Shown here: positions 47,841-54,549 of the stretch, piece after piece
Layout of the letters: each line of letters begins with the position of its first letter
Numbering within the stretch: position 1 is the stretch's first letter
Source: Patescibacteria group bacterium
Lineage (GTDB): Bacteria > Patescibacteriota > Microgenomatia > UBA8517
Direction of reading: 5' to 3'
Length of the DNA: 64,000 bases
NCBI GenBank assembly: GCA_036381415.1
Contig: DASVCV010000001.1
Coordinates: 69,053 to 133,052 of the forward strand
Program-made: the position numbers and the translations under genes
Notes under the pieces: model-generated
The model's database searches: none
Told to the model about the DNA's origin: nothing
The model's input: the letters and a program-made list of their open reading frames with translations, nothing else

Positions 47841-47869
47841 AATATATTCTTTGTTATAGGGTCTGTCAA
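47841..47869 (-). promoter_or_regulatory. sigma70-type promoter of the RiPP operon
   Basis: TTGACA-N17-TATATT on the minus strand, about 40 nt before the precursor ATG. Confidence 0.7.
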
Positions 47870-47934
47870 GAGTAGACAACTTTCAAAACTTGATTTATGG
47901 AGTAAGAGCCTAAGTAATGTTGGTTTATTTTACG

Positions 47935-49650
47935 TTATGGAGCTATTTCTCTCCAGATAACTCTGGTTCTTGTCAGGTCTCTTGGATATGAGAAAAGAAA
48001 GTCAGGAGCATATTGTATAAACTCTGCTGGTGTTGTTGTATTTAAGGCACCTAAATCTCTTTGAAGATTAATGCCAGATAACCCTGCTAAAGAGCCTCTA
48101 ATAGAAAGCTGACTGGCTCCTAGACCTGTTGAAATTACTCCATCTGCCAGAAACAATCCTTCAGCAGCAGGAGTTCCGGGATTGGAAGTAAGTGTAGGAT
48201 CAAAAATTATATTTCCTCCACTTCCTCCTGCATCTTTTCCTGCTATTGCCATGAAGAATCCATCTCCAACTTTTGAAACTCTAATGCTTGATGCAACTGT
48301 AAGATTTCCTCCTTTAACTAGGATTATGTATTTTCTAGAAGAATTAACATTAACATTTCCAGTTAAAGTTAGATCTCCATTTCTTCTAAACCAGACAAAT
48401 CCATGAGATGGGGTTCCGTTTGCTTGAAGGTATGCACCGCTAATTGAATCAGTTGGAATATCATTTACCTGAATATCTGATGGAATAAGTCCTTCAAAGT
48501 AAGCATAGTTATATGTTTTTCCCTGATATGTAGTATTGGTTAACCACTTCTTGGATGATACTGTTCCATTGGTTGCACCTGCTGAAAAGTCTGCAGTTGC
48601 TCCTCCATACGTAACTACTCCTGGAAAAGTTCCTGTTCCATCTAAGTTAAATGAAGGAATGCAGCCTGGAAGAGTACACGTGAGGGGAATTAAAGAAGTT
48701 AAATTTCCATTTGTAATTACATCTCCATCTTTTACCTGCCACCATGCTTTAGATGGGGCTACATTTACCGCTGTTTGTGCACTACACCTTATAGAGCCTC
48801 CCATTACTACTGAAGCACTCATAACTGTATTGCCTATTCCAACTCCTCTTACTGCTGTTCTAAATGGAGAAGAAGTTATAGGACTGGTTGCTGTTGCAAT
48901 TGCCGCATTTCCAGTATTGTAATCAATCTCAGAAATAGACCCGTTTGTAGTAGTTAGTGTTGGGGTAACACTAGTTTCACCTCCAACAAAGGCTTGTACT
49001 GATGGAGGAAGAGAGATTGTACATGTTGGTGGAGGAGGACAAAGACACGTACCTCCCTGATTTGTAAGACCAGGGGCGCAGCCACTACAAGTTCCGTAAG
49101 TAGAACAGGTTGCATCACAGTAATTTCCCTCACCATAGTTACATCTTGGATATCCAGTTGCTCCTGTATCCCAAGCACAGCCTGGAACATACCCACCACC
49201 ACAGCCAACATAGCTTTTAACACAAGACCCATTACCACAACAAATGTTGCTTTGAGCAGGATCACAATTAGATGCATTACAGCCTCCCCCACCTCCACCA
49301 CCAGGAGGAGTAGGTGTGGGACTAGAGCTTGCTATCCAGCATTTACCAGGGTTTGTTGTTGTACTACCTCCACAGTTACCGCTTCCATATTGTCCTGGAG
49401 AACAGCTAAAAGAAAAGGCAGTATAATCACACCATCCTCCCGACCCTGTTTCAAAATTACAGCTCACGTAACGGCAATTACTTGAAGGACCGTTGCATTG
49501 GTATATACCGCCTGGTATTGATGAGCAGACGTAATCATCTGTGCAAACATAGCAGGATTGAGCTTTCACTGGTTTGGGTAACAGCAATAAAACAAGTGAT
49601 AAAATTCCGAACAAAATGGAACCAAAAAGAAGATTTTTGTATATATGCAT
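47935..49650 (-). CDS. secreted Cys/Gly-rich protein with Ig-like and beta-rich C-terminal domains
   Basis: Signal peptide ending VKA, Cys-rich N-terminal half, Ig-like segment, C-terminal WREIAP. Confidence 0.75.
   Translation of the reverse strand: MHIYKNLLFGSILFGILSLVLLLLPKPVKAQSCYVCTDDYVCSSIPGGIYQCNGPSSNCRYVSCNFETGSGGWCDYTAFSFSCSPGQYGSGNCGGSTTTNPGKCWIASSSPTPTPPGGGGGGGCNASNCDPAQSNICCGNGSCVKSYVGCGGGYVPGCAWDTGATGYPRCNYGEGNYCDATCSTYGTCSGCAPGLTNQGGTCLCPPPPTCTISLPPSVQAFVGGETSVTPTLTTTNGSISEIDYNTGNAAIATATSPITSSPFRTAVRGVGIGNTVMSASVVMGGSIRCSAQTAVNVAPSKAWWQVKDGDVITNGNLTSLIPLTCTLPGCIPSFNLDGTGTFPGVVTYGGATADFSAGATNGTVSSKKWLTNTTYQGKTYNYAYFEGLIPSDIQVNDIPTDSISGAYLQANGTPSHGFVWFRRNGDLTLTGNVNVNSSRKYIILVKGGNLTVASSIRVSKVGDGFFMAIAGKDAGGSGGNIIFDPTLTSNPGTPAAEGLFLADGVISTGLGASQLSIRGSLAGLSGINLQRDLGALNTTTPAEFIQYAPDFLFSYPRDLTRTRVIWREIAP
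47936..47962. repeat. 27-bp direct repeat, right copy (encodes VIWREIAP of the adjacent gene)
   Basis: Identical to 43789-43815. Confidence 0.95.
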
Positions 49651-49721
49651 AACTATTTCATTATTGGTTTTTTTAGGAGAAAAATCAATGCCTTGATTTT
49701 ATAGGATAATGAAGAACGATA

Positions 49722-52007
49722 TTACTTATTTACGGTTATTCCAACACCGCCTCTAATGTCAATCCAGTCATTAAATTTTTGAGAAGCAAGGCTTAATAAT
49801 ATATCTGAATCGTCTATTGAACTTAATAGTTGCAGCTTTTGAGATAATTCTTCAAATCCAACCCCATTGTTTAATTTTAATTCTAAGACTTTGGCGTAAA
49901 GCTCTTTAGACAAGACAGGCTCGCCCACACCTATCATGATTTGATCGCCAGGTTTCAACATCGACAATAAGTTACTCCAGCTTATTGCCTGATCAGACTT
50001 TCCATCTGTTGAATAGGTTGGATCACCATAGCCCTCAGGTCTTTTAACATCAGAGTAATCTGGGAATAAAAATCTTACTTTGGAATAACCACCCTGAGAT
50101 GAAGGGACTATTGTACTGACTCCAATCCAATTTGTCCCATCTGGTTTTTGGACTTTTTCTCCACCTTTAACAAATATTACTCCTACGCCATACATTTTTA
50201 GATTAATATCTTTGACTTCAAATCTTAGGTGCGCTCCATATTGAGGTTTGACAAATTTACCATTAACCTGTTCAACAACTTTTTTACCTAATGGTGTAAC
50301 TGTAGCTTTCACACCCTCAATCTCGATTGAGCTTATATTCGTGCCTGATCCATTAACTTTTACATTTATATTTTCCGGTTGGCTGGAACTTCCTGCATCT
50401 GGATTTATTTTTGGACTAAATGGTGCTTCTTGAGGAACTTCAGTTGGTGCAATATCAGATAGAACATCTGAATCAGGATTTGCTAGAGGAATTGATCCGT
50501 TGTCTGCAAAAAGAACAAGAGGGCGGCCGTCTCTGGTTAGTTGAGCAAATGTCCAATCTCCTTCTACTGCATCAAATGTGGTTCCATTTTTACCCACTAC
50601 CCCTTTGACTATTTTCTTGAGTGCTTCAGTTACCTTAATTACTTTTGTAACAGTTTCAGGAATTCCTTTGAATTTTATGGGATCTACATATTTAAGCTGA
50701 TTGTCTTTTGCTCCAAAAAGGCCATTGTTGCCAAGGTATATATTTTTATTCTTTTCTGCATAATCAGTAAGAGATACTTTGTTTCCATCATTTAATCCCC
50801 AAACCCTTACAAGAGGATATACATAGATTTCTCCACTTGGAAGCTTGGTTGCTATATATTCAAGATTTAATTTGGCTCCCTGCTCTTTAGCAAATTTCAT
50901 GAAGGGAATTAAGCTTCCAACCATTTGTCCTAATGGAGAATCAGCTTCTAATAACATGGATCCTTCAATATTTATAAATAACTTGCCATCTTTTTGAACA
51001 AGTGGATTTGCTGGGATATTTATATCTTTAGAAATTGCAGCAAAGTCATCTGCTTTAACTTCATATGATTTAAGCAACCTATCCTGTTGGTCAGGAGTGA
51101 GTTTGATACGTGGAAGTGAAATTAAATTCTCAACTTCTCCAGGAGCAAATTCTTTTCCTCCAGCAAGTACAGGAAATGCATATGGAGCATTACTTTCCTG
51201 AATACTATTAGGACTTACTCTTTTTGAAAGATCAAATATTTTGTCTACATTTTTGGCAGCATTTATTCCTGGCCAAGGATCTCCACCTTTAAAATTTTCT
51301 GGAGCTGGAAGAGTTTTGGCAATAGACAGCAGGGTTGCTATTTCACCAATTTTAAATTCAAATGTTTGTGGTTGAGGTTTTCTTTGCTGTTCAGCGTAGG
51401 CCACTGATCCTGCTCCAACTGCTCCTGCTGTTGCAACTGCAACGGCTGCAGCTACTTTTTTATTGACTATGTGTTTTACAGCTGGACCTTCTTGAGGAAT
51501 AGATTGCAAAAATCTTTCTTTTGCATCTTCAATCTGGGCTTTTAACTGTCTTGTTTGAATAGCAGCTTCTGTGTTGTTTTTGCGTTTGTGTTTTAAGAAG
51601 TCTGAAATTTGCCCCAAATTTTCATCAACCTGGTCTAATTTTTTAACTGCATCCAATGCTTTTATTTCTTTGTCTGTCTCAGATATTTCAGTCTTTCCGA
51701 CTTGCTTTTGCACAGCTTTGGTAAACTCTGTGACTCTATCCAAGTCGCTTTGGTGGACTGTTATTACATCTGGGTTAATTGTGAGGTCGTGTGCTTCATA
51801 GAGCTTCTTACCTACAACTTCATTGCCTTCTCTTATTAGTTTGCTGTAGAGGCCAACATTATGCTGGATGGCAGCATCAAGATTCTGTCTCTTTTCTGCG
51901 AGACCTAATTCTTCAAGGGTTTTTGCCCTTCTTGATTGTTCTGATAGGTTTATCTGTTCTGCACTCATATCTTTTAAGTTTTTTACCTCTACTTGCTGAT
52001 CAGTCAT
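49722..52007 (-). CDS. large hypothetical protein (coiled-coil N-terminus, internal TM)
   Basis: 761-aa ORF; VAAAVAVATAGAVGAGSVAYA hydrophobic segment near residue 185-205. Confidence 0.8.
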   Translation of the reverse strand: MTDQQVEVKNLKDMSAEQINLSEQSRRAKTLEELGLAEKRQNLDAAIQHNVGLYSKLIREGNEVVGKKLYEAHDLTINPDVITVHQSDLDRVTEFTKAVQKQVGKTEISETDKEIKALDAVKKLDQVDENLGQISDFLKHKRKNNTEAAIQTRQLKAQIEDAKERFLQSIPQEGPAVKHIVNKKVAAAVAVATAGAVGAGSVAYAEQQRKPQPQTFEFKIGEIATLLSIAKTLPAPENFKGGDPWPGINAAKNVDKIFDLSKRVSPNSIQESNAPYAFPVLAGGKEFAPGEVENLISLPRIKLTPDQQDRLLKSYEVKADDFAAISKDINIPANPLVQKDGKLFINIEGSMLLEADSPLGQMVGSLIPFMKFAKEQGAKLNLEYIATKLPSGEIYVYPLVRVWGLNDGNKVSLTDYAEKNKNIYLGNNGLFGAKDNQLKYVDPIKFKGIPETVTKVIKVTEALKKIVKGVVGKNGTTFDAVEGDWTFAQLTRDGRPLVLFADNGSIPLANPDSDVLSDIAPTEVPQEAPFSPKINPDAGSSSQPENINVKVNGSGTNISSIEIEGVKATVTPLGKKVVEQVNGKFVKPQYGAHLRFEVKDINLKMYGVGVIFVKGGEKVQKPDGTNWIGVSTIVPSSQGGYSKVRFLFPDYSDVKRPEGYGDPTYSTDGKSDQAISWSNLLSMLKPGDQIMIGVGEPVLSKELYAKVLELKLNNGVGFEELSQKLQLLSSIDDSDILLSLASQKFNDWIDIRGGVGITVNK

Positions 52008-52177
52008 ATGGTTAAATTTATATTAATTATAACCACAAGGCAAGTGGCTTGACTTATAGTGGGAAATTATAACAACTTCTATCCTAAAGTCAAATATTAT
52101 AAGCTGTAACTTATACTTGAGCTTGATCCTAAATATCCTTATATATAGGTTATTTAGCTCAACAATATTTATGGCGT

Positions 52178-52200
52178 AAAAAAGCCGCCCTATTGGCGGC
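52178..52200 (-). terminator. intrinsic terminator
   Basis: GCCGCC-AATAG-GGCGGC-TTTTTT on the minus strand. Confidence 0.75.
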
Positions 52201-52265
52201 TCCCGGCCTTACCCTTTTTTAGAGTAAGTAACCAACTTACAGCTGGTATATTTAATTGCATTCCG
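52178..52265 (-). ncRNA. putative small RNA with three hairpins
   Basis: TGGTATAAT promoter at 52280-52272; stems ACCAGCT/AGTTGGT and CTTACTCT/AGGGTAAG; terminator GCCGCC/GGCGGC + T6. Confidence 0.5.
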
Positions 52266-52362
52266 TATACTATTATACCATGTTTCTCAAACAGAAGAAT
52301 AACTTTGTGAACATTGAAGCAGACAAGACTTAAATGAATGAATCGTGACGTCAACAACTAAT

Positions 52363-52391
52363 TTGACACACGTTAGGTTTAATAATATATT
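52363..52391 (+). promoter_or_regulatory. sigma70-type promoter
   Basis: TTGACA-N17-TATATT. Confidence 0.6.
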
Positions 52392-52517
52392 ATAGGTTGC
52401 ATATTCTTAATGGATATATTTTTCTAAAAGCACGTTTACACAAGGTTCAAATCTTTACTGGTAAGACCATTATTCATTCTGCATAGTTGATATCTTGCCA
52501 ATAAAGACAAGAATCAT

Positions 52518-52797
52518 ACTCACCTCTTTTTTGAGGTAACTCCAGACCAGAAGCGGTCTGATAGTTACAACAATGAAAAGATCCTTGAAGGAACAGTCAG
52601 ACAGGCTAAATTGCCCAGATGGTGCAAAACCGCTTACTCTCACCCTGTGAGAGGAAAACTGTAGCGAAACAAGAAAACACCAAGAGTGGCAGAAGCTAGT
52701 CTAAACTCAAACCTTAAGCACGGCTTTAAAGCCAGTAGCCCAATAAAGGGAACCTGTAAGGATTTCTCCTTACGCAAGATCATCGATGAGGTGATAG
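52518..52797 (+). ncRNA. unidentified highly structured RNA / 5' leader
   Basis: At least ten mutually compatible nested stems found by eye (see findings). Confidence 0.55.
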
Positions 52798-52986
52798 TTG
52801 ACACAATACGACCAAAACGATGCTGCACGAGACACTGACAGCAGTACTAGTGACGTTCGAGATGCATGGCATGACGCACGTACTGATGCAGAAGATTCGG
52901 GATATCTCGACAGAGGTTCCGATTCTGGTAGCAGCGGACAAGGTGGAAGCGGTACTGATTCGACCGGAACCCATTCGGACGACTAA
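52798..52986 (+). CDS. small acidic Asp/Ser/Gly-rich protein
   Basis: TTG start after GAGGTGA RBS; 62 aa; followed by a strong hairpin. Confidence 0.6.
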   Translation: MTQYDQNDAARDTDSSTSDVRDAWHDARTDAEDSGYLDRGSDSGSSGQGGSGTDSTGTHSDD

Positions 52987-53008
52987 AGTCAGCCGCTGAC
53001 AACTGAAT

Positions 53009-53048
53009 CATTCGCACCAGGTATGCGTTTTACGCATACCTGCGAATG
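53009..53048 (+). terminator. long hairpin, probable terminator or 3' stability element
   Basis: CAGGTATGCGT-TTT-ACGCATACCTG, extendable by CATTCG/CGAATG; no U-tract. Confidence 0.55.
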
Positions 53049-53087
53049 GTATAAACATTTTTCATTGAGAATGTATATAATAACCCT

Positions 53088-54404
53088 ATGCAATATGATC
53101 TAAATGACCTTTTGATTAAGCCTTCTTCAAACGAAGAAGAGAAATATTGTAAAAAGTACAATATCCATATTAGAAGATTAGAAAACGGCGCTACTATTTT
53201 AGGGATCCCCTGTAAAAAAGACTTTACTTCTTGGGCTCAAATTAAATATGAATTTTTAGAGGGAGCTTATGGCAATAAACCAGGCAGTGTGCATCTTTTG
53301 GAACACTTTATAAACAAAAAAACAAAGCGTACTGCTAACGAAAACTCACTTAATATCGGTGCTTATACGAATTTAACTGAAATCGGAGAAGAAGTATCAG
53401 GCATTGCAAACCCGGCCGCCCTCGATTATGGAGTTTGGACAATTTTAGATCAGATTAGAAAGTCTCTCGAGTCTCCTTTAATAAATGTTGATAATATTGA
53501 AAAAACTCTAGAAACAGAGCGAGATGTCATAAAAGCAGAAATTCAAAAACGCGATAGCGACCAAAACTTTCAGATTAGCAAGCACTTTAACCATGTAGTT
53601 TTTTCTAAGGAAAATCCTCTACACGATGTTTCTTTAATAACTGGAACGGAAAAAGATTTGAATAAATTATCATCCGATATGTTAAAGGACATTGAAAGAA
53701 GGATTTTGATTGCTAAAAATCTTTTGATTAGCTTCTATACCGAAGGAGATCTTTCAATAGCAGATGTTATCGAAAAAGAGTTGGAAAATTCTTTTTCAGA
53801 CTTCCCAACAGATGAAAAAGAAGGATTAAATAGAAGATTGTTGGAAAAAATTAACCCCAACCTTTTGCCTGGCAGTACTTATTCCCAGGATTCAGGTATT
53901 AAAAATGGAATCATTACGACAGAATTTGTGTGGACCCTAAATCATAAATTTCCCTCTGATAAACATTTAGGTTTACTGCTCCTTTATAAAATAATCGCAA
54001 CTGAACTGTTTTTATATTCTAGAAAAATGGGTTGGGGTTATTTTACGGATACTATTTTAACCAGACCAACTAACAATTTAGTACTTTTAAGGTTAAGGAT
54101 TGATGCTAGGAAGGATAACCAAAAAGAATTATTAAAGGGTATAAAAGAAGTGCTGCTTTCTATAAAAAAGGTCAGCCAGTCGGTTGTTGAAAACGAAAAG
54201 AAAAGACAGAAAGCTATTCCAATAAATGCGGTTGCTAGACTCTCTTGGATAGTAAATGGAATTAAAGACTATGGTGCAATGATAGATGCAGATAAAGTTA
54301 GAGATAATAAATTAGGTGTAACACCGCAAATTTTAAATGAATTAGTGGATGAACTAATATCTATTCCACCCACAATAATTGTTACCGGAGACATAAATTA
54401 TTAA
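53088..54404 (+). CDS. M16 (insulinase) family peptidase-like protein
   Basis: PGSVHLLEH inverted zincin motif, GAYT, ETERDVIKAEI. Confidence 0.8.
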   Translation: MQYDLNDLLIKPSSNEEEKYCKKYNIHIRRLENGATILGIPCKKDFTSWAQIKYEFLEGAYGNKPGSVHLLEHFINKKTKRTANENSLNIGAYTNLTEIGEEVSGIANPAALDYGVWTILDQIRKSLESPLINVDNIEKTLETERDVIKAEIQKRDSDQNFQISKHFNHVVFSKENPLHDVSLITGTEKDLNKLSSDMLKDIERRILIAKNLLISFYTEGDLSIADVIEKELENSFSDFPTDEKEGLNRRLLEKINPNLLPGSTYSQDSGIKNGIITTEFVWTLNHKFPSDKHLGLLLLYKIIATELFLYSRKMGWGYFTDTILTRPTNNLVLLRLRIDARKDNQKELLKGIKEVLLSIKKVSQSVVENEKKRQKAIPINAVARLSWIVNGIKDYGAMIDADKVRDNKLGVTPQILNELVDELISIPPTIIVTGDINY

Positions 54405-54549
54405 TTAATTGTGAAGGGGCTCTTTGGATTTTGGCCTCATTTAATCTCAGTCCTGATTTTAAAACCTATAGTTGTGCTATTGTGCTAAAATAGCCATAAT
54501 TCCACTATCGGAATGCACGTTAACAAATCTAGTTCAAATGGAGGGCACA

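Larger units (their letters stand above)
43789..47962. mobile_element. integrated 4.1-kb cassette carrying the YcaO/SagB RiPP cluster
   Basis: Bounded by a perfect 27-bp duplication of the 3' end of gene 47935-49650; visibly more CG dinucleotides than core genes; no integrase inside. Confidence 0.7.

Noticed and set aside
47523-47960. 145-aa plus-strand ORF with PQL repeats (and 47659-47859)
   Set aside because: Antisense shadows of the Cys/Ser precursor, which has the promoter, RBS and operon context.
52518-52797. RNase P, tmRNA, group II intron, retron or c-di-GMP riboswitch identity for the structured RNA
   Set aside because: No GGAAAGUCC, no tRNA-like ends, no domain V, no nearby reverse transcriptase, no convincing GEMM motif.
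52640-52974. Two short minus-strand ORFs
   Set aside because: Antisense to the structured RNA and the SD-led peptide; no initiation signals.
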